Shown here in pieces: positions 20,272 to 31,794 of a DNA stretch of 64,000 nt (position 1 is the first letter of the stretch; every line of letters begins with the position of its first letter). The stretch is from an uncultured Nitrososphaerales archaeon (GTDB lineage: Archaea > Thermoproteota > Nitrososphaeria > Nitrososphaerales > Nitrososphaeraceae). The position numbers and the translations under genes are program-made. Where the stretch lies: positions 1,216,001 to 1,280,000 of the forward strand of contig CAVOHZ010000010.1 in the NCBI GenBank assembly GCA_963695855.1, written 5' to 3'. The notes under the pieces are model-generated. The model had not been told where the DNA came from. It made no database searches and saw nothing but the letters and a program-made list of their open reading frames with translations.

Positions 20272-20685
20272 ATGTTCCTAGATAACAAAAATACTTTTTA
20301 TGTGGTAGTCCTATTGTCTGCTTCATTTTTAATCGGTGGGATGATAACAGCACCGGTAGTTTCAAAAATATATGCTGATCCTGATACCAAATTCTTTAAA
20401 AAAGAAAATATAAAGATACAATATGATAAGAAATACAAGCACAAGCACCACAATTACGACGACAGATGTTATGACAACCATCATAATAAATACAAGGACA
20501 AACATCACGAGTACAACGACAGATGTTATGACAACCATCATCATAAATATTACAAAGATCATAAACATCATGATAACCATCATCATAAATATTACAAAGA
20601 TCATAAACATCATGATAACCATCATCATAAATATTACAAAGATCATGAAAATTACAAACACGATAGAGAGTATCATAAATACTAA
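20272..20685 (+). CDS. secreted His/Lys/Tyr-rich repeat protein
   Basis: Signal peptide then DNHHHKYYKDHKHH-type repeats. Confidence 0.75.
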   Translation: MFLDNKNTFYVVVLLSASFLIGGMITAPVVSKIYADPDTKFFKKENIKIQYDKKYKHKHHNYDDRCYDNHHNKYKDKHHEYNDRCYDNHHHKYYKDHKHHDNHHHKYYKDHKHHDNHHHKYYKDHENYKHDREYHKY

Positions 20686-20827
20686 TTTTATTAGAATAAT
20701 AGGATCTGTAAATTAAATAACAAATAAAGAAGTAACATATAATTACTATTACAGAGTTTCGATTGAAAAAAATAATGGACATAACTTACTAATGGATAAA
20801 TTTAAAGGGTTAAAATTAGCAGAAGAT

Positions 20828-20915
20828 GAATAGCCCCAAATTATCCTCCTATAAACAATTATGCTATTGGCTAATTGTACTATACCAAGATAGTTTTCGT
20901 ACCTTACAAACAACA
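20828..20915 (-). mobile_element. IS5 right-end remnant
   Basis: Reverse complement aligns with ~10250-10320; encodes ENYLGIVQLANSIIVYRRII. Confidence 0.75.
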
Positions 20916-21391
20916 TTATTTACTAACACCTTTTCTTCTTGTCTATGTCGGATGGAATTCATGAATTATGTCATTTGAAAATTCAAGGACATTCTTGTCA
21001 TTTGAGTTTTTTTAAACAATTTGTGGTTGGATAACAGAAAAAAATGACTGGCTTCATAAAAATACGAGACGTACGTTGATATCATGAACGACCATGATTT
21101 TCACAATTTTATTTTTTTATACTCCGTATGATTTGATAACCTTTTAAAATTTTTTTAATAATCCTTGTTTCAAATACCTATAAATTTTTCAAAAAGGTTA
21201 TGAACTATTTATAGGGATTCGGTTTTTTATCTTAATATTTGCAGGTTATTTAGTAATTACCTTAAGAATGAACTCATCTTTGCGATCGTTTGACAAATCA
21301 AGTATGATATTGGAAAATTTGAGGTCTTTTTGTTAATGGCGGCACAAATATTGACAAATAAAATCGATATGCTATAATACTACTTTTTTTA

Positions 21392-21961
21392 TTGCAAAAT
21401 GTGGGCTATGATAATGAAGAATATGAAAAGAAAATGCTTATAGATTTCCTAAAATTAACTAAAGAGAGATTTCATATTTTAATAGATAATGAAAATGGAG
21501 ACCTCAGAACTATAATTTCTGATGATATGAGACCACTTCTTCCTTTGTATGAAAGATCGTATAAAGATGTTGAGAAGAATATTGACAGGTGTATGGAGAT
21601 AATACCAAATATACCATATGGCCTTTTAGTTCGACATGGATTTACCAATAATCATCTTATTCTTAAATTAATTCAGGTAGATATATGTTGGATAAATATA
21701 GTAACTATAAGAAAAGATCCTTTAAGAAATTTTGATAAAATATACAAGGATCAAAAAGAACCATCTAAAGAAGAAAAACGTAAATGGGAGAATTTTAAAG
21801 ATAAACTTAGAAGAAATTGGTATAAATTTCTAAGAGCAACTGATAGTTGTATTTTTGAAAGCTTAAATGATATTATTAATGCAATGCCTGGCCAATCTGG
21901 AATTTTTGCTATGGTTAAAGAATGGAAAAATTCAGTAGAAATAGCAATTGAAGAAAAATAA
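21392..21961 (+). CDS. hypothetical protein
   Basis: 189-aa ORF; start uncertain. Confidence 0.65.
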   Translation: MQNVGYDNEEYEKKMLIDFLKLTKERFHILIDNENGDLRTIISDDMRPLLPLYERSYKDVEKNIDRCMEIIPNIPYGLLVRHGFTNNHLILKLIQVDICWINIVTIRKDPLRNFDKIYKDQKEPSKEEKRKWENFKDKLRRNWYKFLRATDSCIFESLNDIINAMPGQSGIFAMVKEWKNSVEIAIEEK

Positions 21962-22257
21962 ATCTTTGGTACTTTACTTAATATATCAAATTTCATTAGA
22001 GTTGAGAAAATTTGTACCTTAATATTGAAAAATTTGTCCCGACTTGAAAATGGAATATCATAACTAAACTGCTAAAATTGATAAATTTAATCTCAAGCTA
22101 AAAGTACTTGAATTCATTTGAAAATAATGAAAAGAAAAAAACTAAATCAAGTTATTTCTTCTTCAATCAAGCTACCATCTATTGATTGTTTTCTCATGTT
22201 TGAATAATTTGAATTATTGTGTTTTCTATAAAATCTTTCCAAGTCATATGATGCAGC

Positions 22258-22318
22258 AGAGCCTTGATTCTATACGGGCTAGGCGGATAGTCAACTGATT
22301 TTGACACAATTTTGTGGT
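22258..22318 (+). repeat. att-like dispersed repeat, family 1, site B
   Basis: agagccttgattctatacgggctaggcggataGTCAActgattTTGACacaattttgtggt. Confidence 0.9.
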
Positions 22319-22814
22319 ACAAAAATTCAACGAGCAAACCGGAAAAATTCTGATCTAATAGAGACTAATTGTTAGCAATATTTTAAAACAGATATAGATT
22401 ATAGATTAATGTAATTGTTTATATTGTGGTTTTACTAACATTAGCCGATTTTTATTTTAGTATTTTTATAACGATATATTTGTGACTTGCATTTTCAATT
22501 TGTTAAAATATTCTTTTTAAAATGTCTTTTCTTCCTATTATATAAACGATCTCAATGCAATGATTTTACATTTCAACAATTGTTATCTTTAATACTTGAA
22601 GTTGATTGATGGATTGACTTTTGCTATTTGAAATATGATTCTATTTCTAGTTTTTATCAACGTAGTCGCCTTCAGTCACATCTCTTTTCTTACTTTCTTG
22701 AATATTTGTATGAAATAAGTTTTTAATTTAGCAATCGTATTGATTTTTCTTTCTGTTTTGTTTGATTAAGTTATATCCTATCTATCTTTATGTAGTATCA
22801 TGGATGTGAGTATG

Positions 22815-24257
22815 CTAGGCTCTTTTTGAATCGTCCACGTCAAATCTTTTCTTGCGCCAGTGATCATCTATAGTGTCTCTTTCTTCTATTGCTAACTTTA
22901 CATAATCTCTCAGATTGTTTTCTGTAACTTCATACGAAAAATCACCAACCAGTTTTTGCATTTCCTTCTGTTGTTTTTGTATAATCTTTGTTACCTTCTT
23001 CTCTATCTCTTGTTCCATCTGTGCAGTTCCAATGTTACCAACTAGATCATTCATAGATCCTTTGATTGATTTTCTTAAAGAGATATCATGTGATATTGAT
23101 ATTGCAGAAAGGTACAATCCAAAACTAAACAAGTACGAAGATAGCATTACAAGTGAATGAGCAGCAACTCCGTATGTCGGTTGTATTGCCGAAGTAGAAA
23201 GTGAAATACCAACCATAGTATCACCTATTGCTGCGATGATTAGATAATCTTTTAATTTTGATGAGACCAAACTCTTTACAATCATAAAAAAGGCTAGACC
23301 AAATAGAACATTTCCTGCTATAGTACCTATTCTAAATAAAAGTCTAAAAAAATAACGATACTGTTCGTCTACTCCTGATAAACCTTCACCTGAAAAGAAG
23401 CCTGGTGCCTTTCCAATCAAGTAAAATATCAATGGAAGTGACAAAATTATCCAAAGTAATAGCGGGAGTTTACCTACTCTCTGATAAAGGGTACGTAATA
23501 GTGAGGTAGATGCAATCCATCTAAATCCAAATGCTATTGGAAGAACCGTGGAATTGAGAAGATTATAAAATATTAAACTTGAATTTGGTATTATATAAAG
23601 AAAAGTAGTATCTGAATTCACTATTTTGTATATTATTTCGCCATCATATTTCTCAGAGGGTTCATATAAGAAAGATGATTCAGTCGTTACTCCTGGTGGC
23701 GACTTTTCTTGTACCACCTGTACTAATAATAATTTAGTACCGGCATCTTCTAATATCGATGAACCAAGTGTTAATGCTGCAATTCCATAAAATAAAATAA
23801 CGAGATTTTTATAACTAGTTAATTTATACCATGAAATTAATTTGAAGGTAATGATACCTATTATTATGCTTGATGCTATTGAACTAACTGCGAAGATTGA
23901 AGGAGATAGAAATCTATTACCGGTATTACTAATAAGCATAAAGAGGAGTACTAGAAATAAGGAAAATTGAATTATAACCATACTCCAATGCATTAGATTA
24001 ATAAACCGGGATTTGGTTCTGATATCCTTACTTATTTGTGTAGTGTATCCTAGAAGGATCCAAGATCCTATACCATATCCAATAACTACAGTCAAAATAA
24101 ACATTAGGATTTCCATATCCTTGGTATAGGGCAAAATCTGCCGGGTCATCAATAAGTCAATAATCACAATAAAAAATATAGCAACTCCTGTTATGACAGG
24201 TATTTTCCTATTACGCATAATAGGTATTTGGAGAAACAAGTATCTCCCAAGATTCAT
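22815..24257 (-). CDS. polytopic membrane protein with C-terminal soluble tail
   Basis: About 11 hydrophobic segments; S.S.D..LR.SI...IG.A.ME.E tail typical of a Nitrososphaeraceae family. Confidence 0.85.
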   Translation of the reverse strand: MNLGRYLFLQIPIMRNRKIPVITGVAIFFIVIIDLLMTRQILPYTKDMEILMFILTVVIGYGIGSWILLGYTTQISKDIRTKSRFINLMHWSMVIIQFSLFLVLLFMLISNTGNRFLSPSIFAVSSIASSIIIGIITFKLISWYKLTSYKNLVILFYGIAALTLGSSILEDAGTKLLLVQVVQEKSPPGVTTESSFLYEPSEKYDGEIIYKIVNSDTTFLYIIPNSSLIFYNLLNSTVLPIAFGFRWIASTSLLRTLYQRVGKLPLLLWIILSLPLIFYLIGKAPGFFSGEGLSGVDEQYRYFFRLLFRIGTIAGNVLFGLAFFMIVKSLVSSKLKDYLIIAAIGDTMVGISLSTSAIQPTYGVAAHSLVMLSSYLFSFGLYLSAISISHDISLRKSIKGSMNDLVGNIGTAQMEQEIEKKVTKIIQKQQKEMQKLVGDFSYEVTENNLRDYVKLAIEERDTIDDHWRKKRFDVDDSKRA

Positions 24258-24812
24258 GATTTAGATATCCTTTAGAATTATTTAAATTAATTAAATTTTG
24301 ATAATGAGAAATGATATTATCAATCAATAATAATAATAATAAAATTAAATTTTTGTAGAAGGAAGATGCTTTATATATACTATAGAATAAGTTTATAAAG
24401 TATATACATTTTCGCAATTTTTGTATTGATTAAAGTAGTTTGAGGAAGCATATTGATCCTTTATAACATAAAAATTTGTTTGTATTATAATATTAAAAAA
24501 ATTAGTTAAAAATAAGATATTAATTAATAAGTTTCCAATTAGTAATTTCTATTCTGTTAATATCAGAATTATAACTATAAAAGCTTTTCTTGCTATTATC
24601 TAATTGTTTTATTAATTATGACAAAAAGACAGATTATCACTCGATCTACCGATATAAATTCATATTGGCTTGATATTCCAGTTCAACTTTCATCCATCGT
24701 TTCACTTCTTTTCTTACAGTCGTGTTTGAATATTCTTTCATAAATTATAATTATCTTTTCATTTAGTTTGGTATTTTATATTTTTTTAATAATTTTATTG
24801 ATTGCATATATA

Positions 24813-25769
24813 CTAATATCCTTTAATATGTAACCCTAGTGAGTCGTATACAATATTCTTCATCTGAAAAATTTGATAACCATTTTCAAATAAATATTTC
24901 ATTTCCTTTTCAAATAAATCAGGGTTGATACTATAATCATCTTCACTATAATCAATCATATGATATACGAGGATTGGAATTGCTCTTATTACGTATGCGC
25001 TATTGTATCTTGTTTGACTATCTACTATTTCTTTAAATTTTTCATACATTTCCTCATCAGAATATCCACCAGATTTTTTATAGGCTTCATGACTCAATCC
25101 AGTTATTGTATACCTCTTGAAATCTGATTGTATTGTATTTTCATTATTTTTAGGTGAAGAATGTTGGCATTGATTTTCGTATTTATCATCATACACAAAA
25201 CCTTCATCGTCATCTTTACATGAAAAAAACATAAGTGGCTCAGTTGCGGTCCGAGCAAGATAATAATTGTCAGCAATAATTTTTATTATATTTTTGTTTG
25301 TATCGCCATCATTATATGGGAAGGAGAAACTGGTTACATTAAATCCTTTTTCTTGTAGACATCTTTTGGATTCAATAATTTCATATTTTATATCGTTATC
25401 TGATAATTTCCCTAGTCGTTTATGGTTCATTGAATGAGAACCAATTTCATGTCCTTCTTGTTCAAGTGACTGGATATCATCCCAATTCATTCTATCGTCT
25501 TTACCTACAAAATTACAAATGATATAGAAGGTAGCCTTAAAATTGTATATATCTAAAATTGGTTTTGCGTAAGTAAACTGACTTAGCATTCCATCATCAA
25601 ATGTTAAAATTGCTGCTTTTATTGGTTCAGCCAAGGAATAAGAGATCAGAACAGGAGAAGAAGATAATAGTATTATCATTAAAAATAGGAATACTGTTAA
25701 ACAATACATAGTAAGAATTTCAAAAATGTGCAAGATATTTAGGTATTGCCTTAAATCGATTATGTACAA
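24813..25769 (-). CDS. polysaccharide deacetylase (CE4/NodB)
   Basis: LTFDDG, HEIGSHS..H, FSFPY; N-terminal hydrophobic segment. Confidence 0.9.
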   Translation of the reverse strand: MYIIDLRQYLNILHIFEILTMYCLTVFLFLMIILLSSSPVLISYSLAEPIKAAILTFDDGMLSQFTYAKPILDIYNFKATFYIICNFVGKDDRMNWDDIQSLEQEGHEIGSHSMNHKRLGKLSDNDIKYEIIESKRCLQEKGFNVTSFSFPYNDGDTNKNIIKIIADNYYLARTATEPLMFFSCKDDDEGFVYDDKYENQCQHSSPKNNENTIQSDFKRYTITGLSHEAYKKSGGYSDEEMYEKFKEIVDSQTRYNSAYVIRAIPILVYHMIDYSEDDYSINPDLFEKEMKYLFENGYQIFQMKNIVYDSLGLHIKGY

Positions 25770-25859
25770 TTACATGATTAAGTGTTATGCTATTACTTCA
25801 TGTAGATAAATTCATTTTCATATTTTTTTTATCTTTGTAATTACTGATATATTTATTCG

Positions 25860-25907
25860 TAGGCATTCAAACGCAGTATATCAACTGATTTTGACACAAT
25901 TTTCAGT
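25860..25907 (+). repeat. att-like dispersed repeat, family 1, site C (left half degraded)
   Basis: tataTCAActgattTTGACacaattttcagt. Confidence 0.75.
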
Positions 25908-25974
25908 CCTTTTTCTACAGTTTTTAAAAATTAATTCTATCTTCATTTTCTTGATGATGAAAAAATGTTAAAAA

Positions 25975-26520
25975 TTAAGGTTCAAGAAATGTATTTACCA
26001 TATTACTTAATCTTTCAGGATATTGAAACATAAACGCATGACCTCCCTTTTATGAACTGTGCTAACTAGGCTCCAGGAATTTTTTGCGTTAATGATAAAG
26101 AATTGTTAGATAGTATTATCTGATCATCATTTCCTGCTACAGCTAACTTATCTTGAGATATGTTTTTTAAACGACCATAAGAGCCTATTGGAATCCAATC
26201 AAGCATTGCGTCTATTTGCTTTTGTAGAGTTATATTGGAATGTAAGTGAAGCGATGCAAATTTTTCATCGTTGTGATCACCCTTTTGTTCTATCCATTTT
26301 TTTTGGGAATTGATAAGGAATAAATCGATTTTAAATTTAATTCTCAGTTCCAGTTAAATCGCTAAATTCGTCTCTCAGTTCTTCAGACTGGTAAGAAGAT
26401 TGTATAGTACCACAATGAGAAGCATAAATTATCAAATCGTTAACTTTGTCAGAATATTTTATGTTAATTCCTGTGCTATGAACCCTTGCATTGAATAGAA
26501 TAACCCAAAATATCTGTTTT
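25975..26520 (-). pseudogene. alpha/beta hydrolase pseudogene, paralog of 40596..41555
   Basis: KIPGA*LAQFIKGGHAFMFQYPERLSNMVNTFLE, DDLIIYAS.CG; multiple lesions, 5' half missing. Confidence 0.85.
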
Positions 26521-26524
26521 TAAT

Positions 26525-26542
26525 TTTTTCGGCGCCGAAAAA
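26525..26542. repeat. palindrome TTTTTCGGCGCCGAAAAA, copy 2
   Basis: Identical to 8011-8028. Confidence 0.8.
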
Positions 26543-26574
26543 TAATATTGAAAAAAATATTTTCATACAATAGT

Positions 26575-26617
26575 CAACAGGATGGCTGGAATGGCTCAGA
26601 TATATGCCATCCTGTTG
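26575..26617. other. 12-bp perfect inverted repeat (hairpin)
   Basis: CAACAGGATGGC-N19-GCCATCCTGTTG. Confidence 0.7.
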
Positions 26618-27043
26618 TCAGTTACCCATCTTTTATGTAATGTTATAATAACTTGGTATTTGTATTATTTATGATATATGGTGGTAAAAAATATTTTTTT
26701 ACTATATTAATTATAGAAAATAATTTTTAGATCACGTACAATTTGAGATTTGAAGACTCTTGTTTAAGTCTTGTTTCTTTCAATATGCATACTAAGAGTT
26801 TGTTTATACATATTACTAGTCTAACACCATCTACATGTCAGTCCAATAAAAGAAATTGTTGCAATTAGAGTTATCCCTACAACCATTCCTATGATGCAGA
26901 TGTTGAATTTTGTTAACTTACATACTTCTTTATTCTCCTTAGAACAGAAAAAGATATTCCACATCTAAAATAGAGTTACCTGATAATAAGAAACATAACA
27001 GTAAATTTACAAAAATATAGACCAATAAAATTATAAGATACTA

Positions 27044-27064
27044 TTTTTTCCGGCGCCGAAAAAA
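27044..27064. repeat. CGGCGCCG palindrome, copy 3
   Basis: TTTTTTCCGGCGCCGAAAAAA. Confidence 0.75.
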
Positions 27065-27190
27065 TTAAATTGACTTATTTATTGATTTTAATTTTGTTCA
27101 CTTACGCATTATGTATTCAAATTTAAAAAGAAGTTTGGAAATATGTGGGTGTCCATGTTGGAATGTATTTGAAAAATTGTGGATGATTTT

Positions 27191-28525
27191 TTAGCTATTG
27201 ATCCTTGTGTATTTGTATATTCTTTTTTTTTTGAAAGAATCGTATTTTTTTATTAACCAAGTTATAGCTCCAACAATAGGGACATAGACAAATTGTATCG
27301 CCGATCCTAAGTCTATCATAGATACTAAATTTTCCCAAATCATTGAAATTTCCTCATACCAAGAGTTTATTTCCTCATACCAAGAGTTTGGTTGGAGTGT
27401 TTTCGATGATTCATCTGGAGAGGTATTTAACTCGTTGGTGAAACTTTTTACCGTATTATCTTTATTGGTAGAAGGATTTAATGAATTTGTAAATTTTTCT
27501 GTGGGGTACCCAACATCTCCTTTTAAGAACATTGCTCCATGACCCCTAGGTGTAGATGAAGGATCTTCAGAATTGTATAACAGGCTAAGTCTTGACTCTG
27601 AAATAGGATCTATTTTCATTACTTCATTTCTAAATTTTGTTTCTATTCCGTCTGGCTTGGGTAATATTGAGTGCTTGATGTCTGGATCCAGGTCATTATC
27701 TTTCATCATCGCTTTCAGTTCACTTAACTGGTTCTTGCCAAACGAAATATTTACCGGAGCAGGTTCAATGATGATATTAATTTTTGGTGCGGGAATATAG
27801 AAATAGGATCCTGTATCAAGAAATATAATGTTTTTCAATGCATCGTTTTTAAAGGCATAAGTGTAAGGTATACCCCTAAACGTTTGCATCTTAATCTTTT
27901 CTAAATCTAGGTCTGTGTTTATCACTCCATGATTTTTATCATAAAAAAACGGATTTTCAATTCCCTCAAAACAATTCTGTATCATATCTCCTCCTAAAGA
28001 ACAAACTTGGCTACTCAATTTTTCTGTCTTTTTTTGTAGTATTATTTTGTGTTGATATTCCCTTCCTTGAATTTCATTTAGTTCATTAAAATAGGGATCA
28101 GATAGGATTCCATACACTGTCACATCATGGGGAGGTTTGTTTTTAGGTACAGATTCTAAATTTTCTAATGAATTATAAAACGTGATCATATCAAGAAATA
28201 CATTATTTGTGTTATAATTGGAAGAATCAATGTATATTATTGAAGAGCCGTAGGTTCTTATCGCTAATGTATGAAAATCCATAATATCATTACTGTTTTC
28301 ATTTATAAAATTCAATAAGTCAAGACTCGAACCGTAAGATGGGGTTACATAATAATTACTTACAATTGTAATAATGAACAGAATTAATAATACAAGGTAG
28401 TACAGTCCGAGCCATTCCATAGAATATAATACCCTAACAAATTTTATAAATATATTTATGGTAGGTACAGTATTATCTAAGATACCAAATTGATCCCATT
28501 TGTATAAGGTTTTTAACATGATCAT
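27191..28525 (-). CDS. hypothetical membrane-anchored protein
   Basis: Long ORF with N- and C-terminal hydrophobic helices; real start probably at MEWLG. Confidence 0.7.
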   Translation of the reverse strand: MIMLKTLYKWDQFGILDNTVPTINIFIKFVRVLYSMEWLGLYYLVLLILFIITIVSNYYVTPSYGSSLDLLNFINENSNDIMDFHTLAIRTYGSSIIYIDSSNYNTNNVFLDMITFYNSLENLESVPKNKPPHDVTVYGILSDPYFNELNEIQGREYQHKIILQKKTEKLSSQVCSLGGDMIQNCFEGIENPFFYDKNHGVINTDLDLEKIKMQTFRGIPYTYAFKNDALKNIIFLDTGSYFYIPAPKINIIIEPAPVNISFGKNQLSELKAMMKDNDLDPDIKHSILPKPDGIETKFRNEVMKIDPISESRLSLLYNSEDPSSTPRGHGAMFLKGDVGYPTEKFTNSLNPSTNKDNTVKSFTNELNTSPDESSKTLQPNSWYEEINSWYEEISMIWENLVSMIDLGSAIQFVYVPIVGAITWLIKKYDSFKKKRIYKYTRINS

Positions 28526-29136
28526 GTTTAATATGATCTTACTTTAACATGATCATATACTTGAGAAAAAATATTTTATTCAATTCCTGTGCACTTCACG
28601 ATAAAGTTGAATCTATATATTAGAATTACATGTGAAGAGGAGCACTGTTAAGTTAACAAAAGATCTATAGCTGTAAACGTTCTGTTATAACAATATATGT
28701 TGTCAATATTTGTCAAAAATAGAACATCCTCTTTTATTGTTATGGATTCTTTGTATCCATACTTTCTCGGGCATATTATACTAAATTCTTTATAAACCAG
28801 TGAGATGTAATTCCCTATACTTTAGCATGCTCTCTTGTTATCCGATTTGTAAATAGTCATTAATGAAGTAATAGTATTTGAACAATTTTCTTTAGTGAAT
28901 GTATTATTATATGCAATGATGTATATAGAATTAACCGAAGGATCAATGTAGAATTATCTTTTACTGTCTTCAAAAGCAAATTGTAAATATGTAAAGTATT
29001 TGAGTTTCTGCTGTAGTTTAATCAAAAAAGTAAATAACATGTGCATATAAAATAATTTCTGTAATATATCAACCATAGTTTATTGCATAATTCAGTCAAC
29101 AATCAATATATGTTCTAAATAATAGCATGACTATTC

Positions 29137-29196
29137 AAAGCCCGATGTAATACGGGCTCGATGGATAGTCAACTGTTTTTGACAAAATTTTGTGGT
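29137..29196 (+). repeat. att-like dispersed repeat, family 1, site D
   Basis: aaagcccgatgtaatacgggctcgatggataGTCAActgtttTTGACaaaattttgtggt. Confidence 0.9.
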
Positions 29197-29291
29197 GCAT
29201 AATAACTAAATGTAATAAGGTCATATTTCTGATACTTTTATTGTAATCTAATAGAAAAAATTTTATATGAATATCAAAATGTTTTTTATAA

Positions 29292-29603
29292 ATGTCTCAG
29301 TCTCAAATTTTTGATATAGATACATTTTTATCAAATTTTCCTAAATCTAGATATTTTATTGATGTAATGAATACATCAACCATGGAAGTTGGGATAATAA
29401 ACTTAAAGAAAAATCAAGACGACACTCAAGAACCTCACGCTTCAGATGAAATTTATTACGTTATCAGTGGGAGCGGAACAATAGATATAGATGGAATTAA
29501 AAATGAAGTTAATCCTGGAAAAATAATTTATATTCCCAAAAAAATCCATCATTCATTTCATGCCATTAGTAAAGAATTAGTTGTTTTATACATACTAGCA
29601 TGA
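29292..29603 (+). CDS. cupin-domain protein
   Basis: Q.PH..DEIYYVISG.G and G..IYIP....H.F. Confidence 0.9.
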   Translation: MSQSQIFDIDTFLSNFPKSRYFIDVMNTSTMEVGIINLKKNQDDTQEPHASDEIYYVISGSGTIDIDGIKNEVNPGKIIYIPKKIHHSFHAISKELVVLYILA

Positions 29604-29985
29604 ATACATAATTGGATATTACAATAAAAAAATCAGATTAATATTTGTCTAATTATTTCTCTTGTGATATACGTTGTACATAATGATTTGACACCATTTC
29701 AAGTAAAAAGTTAAATATGACTTTAAACCTGTAAAAAACTTTTACGATTCACTTCGGTATCCCAATCAGAAAAATACCAGATCCTTGATATTTAGTTGTT
29801 TGAAAGAACGTAAAGAAGAACCTTGGGGAATACTGCTTGGTTTAAACTCTCTTTTTTTATTTTTTTATGGTAATTATTGAAATCGGATTTAGATTTTTTA
29901 TACATTTTCTTCTTATTCTATTTGAAAGTATTATAATCAAATTTACCAACTTTATTTATAAGCAACAGTACTTTCTATTTTATCA

Positions 29986-30276
29986 ATGAAATGCATTATT
30001 TGCAAACGTAATAGAGTAGAGATGCCTGATAAATCCTCTAAATATTGTTGGCAACATCAACAAATTTACATTAGTATAAAAAATCTATATGTTAGTGTGT
30101 TCAAAGCATATGGTTCTATTTCTTGGGAAAATTTTTTACTTAAAATTCTCGATAAAAAACTTGACAAGCCTTGGAAAAATTCTTTAATAGACTACTATGG
30201 AAAATTATCTCCAGGAATTTTAAACGTGGTTAATTCTGAATTACAGTTGTCACAAAATGGCAAAAAAATAAAATGA
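29986..30276 (+). CDS. hypothetical protein with N-terminal CxxC...CxxH
   Basis: MKCIIC...YCWQH. Confidence 0.65.
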   Translation: MKCIICKRNRVEMPDKSSKYCWQHQQIYISIKNLYVSVFKAYGSISWENFLLKILDKKLDKPWKNSLIDYYGKLSPGILNVVNSELQLSQNGKKIK

Positions 30277-30760
30277 TATTTTTAAAATTTATGTTATAAT
30301 TAATAAATCAACTATAAATAATAATTAACTTTTGGTAATTGATAAATATTTCATTCTATTTTTAAAATGAGAATACTAATCAAGGTATTATAAAAGTATT
30401 CAGAAAAAAAATGTCAGCTGAAGATAATTAATTGTTACCTTCAGATAGACAGACATAGATAACAAATTCGGTTATCACATATGTAACACATTTTATCTGC
30501 TTGACTGTTTTGTTATTCTTACAACTATTTAATCTTCTTTAGAAAGAAGCATTTCATATGAAGTGTAACAATCGATATCTCGATACTCTCTTGTTTCATT
30601 GTATGTTTTTGGAATGATGTCAGAGTTTTGTTATTTAATATATAAACAAATTATTCTTGAATGAGTTACAGTCTGATTTGGAATTATCATAGTCATCATA
30701 TATATTTTATTAAAAAAACCAAGTAGTTAAAATAAATATGGTTTTTATATTGTATATATT

Positions 30761-31597
30761 TTGTATATAAATATGGATCAAATAGAAAAATTATGTGTTC
30801 CTCCATTAAAAGAAGGAAAAAGAGATGACGAAATAAGCTTATCCAAATGGAATCCAGATGATACTTTCGGTAAGACAAAAGAGGAAATAAAAAAAGAGTT
30901 AGATGAGATCCTCCCAGAATTGTCTGAGCTTCAGTACAAACTATATGCTGAGAGGGAAAAGTCATTATTAATTATTCTTCAGGGAACAGATGCATCAGGA
31001 AAAGATGGAGTAATACGTAATGTAGTTCGAGTTTTTAATCCTGTAGGATGCAAGGTAGAATCATTTAAAGTTCCATCATCAGAGGAATTATCTCATGATT
31101 TTCTTTGGCGCATCCATAAGGTAATTCCTTCAAAAGGTTATATTGGAATATTTAATCGATCTCACTATGAAGATGTTATAGAAGTACGTGTAAATAATCT
31201 AGTATCAAAAACAATCTGGTCACAAAGATATAGACAAATTAATGATTTTGAAAGACATCTATCAGAAAATAATGTAAGGATAGTAAAATTTTTTTTATAT
31301 ATAAGCAAGAAAGAGCAAACAGATAGACTACGTGACCGAGTTTTAGATCCTTCAGAAAATTGGAAGGTTTCTGCAGAGGATTATGCGAGAACAAAAAAAT
31401 GGGATCTCTATATGGAAGCTTATGAAGATGCCTTAAAATTATGTAGTACTGAGTGGACACCTTGGTATGTAGTTCCTGCTAATAAAAAGTGGTTTAGAAA
31501 TTGGGTTGTAGCTAAAGTTATCAGGAAAAATTTGCTAAAACTCGATCCTAATTTTCCAACTAAAAAGCTCGACAAAAGTTTGTTGGATAGTATCTAA
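30761..31597 (+). CDS. ppk2: polyphosphate kinase 2 family protein
   Basis: LQG.DASGKDG, HDFLWR, FNRSHYEDV, PWYVVPA.KKW.RN; likely start at ATG 30773. Confidence 0.92.
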   Translation: MYINMDQIEKLCVPPLKEGKRDDEISLSKWNPDDTFGKTKEEIKKELDEILPELSELQYKLYAEREKSLLIILQGTDASGKDGVIRNVVRVFNPVGCKVESFKVPSSEELSHDFLWRIHKVIPSKGYIGIFNRSHYEDVIEVRVNNLVSKTIWSQRYRQINDFERHLSENNVRIVKFFLYISKKEQTDRLRDRVLDPSENWKVSAEDYARTKKWDLYMEAYEDALKLCSTEWTPWYVVPANKKWFRNWVVAKVIRKNLLKLDPNFPTKKLDKSLLDSI

Positions 31598-31794
31598 GGT
31601 TTTTAATCCTATTTGATCCTATCTGAATAAATAAAAGATCTATTGCATAATTAGCCTTGCATAAATTTTTTTATAAATTTTGGAATAAAAATTGAAGATA
31701 TTATAAATTCCATATTAGTTTTTACCATGAAGCATATTCAATCTTCTGGATTTTTACATGATCACTAATTACGTAATAAATCTTGAATATAAAA

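Noticed and set aside
20362-20782. Overlapping ORFs on the His-rich gene
   Set aside because: Shadows of the repeat tract
20955-21030. YgjP/M48-like metalloprotease fragment IHELCHLKIQGH
   Set aside because: Only a dozen recognisable codons; too short to call
28512-28558. Three imperfect copies of TTTAACATGATCAT
   Set aside because: Short AT-rich slippage repeat with no other support
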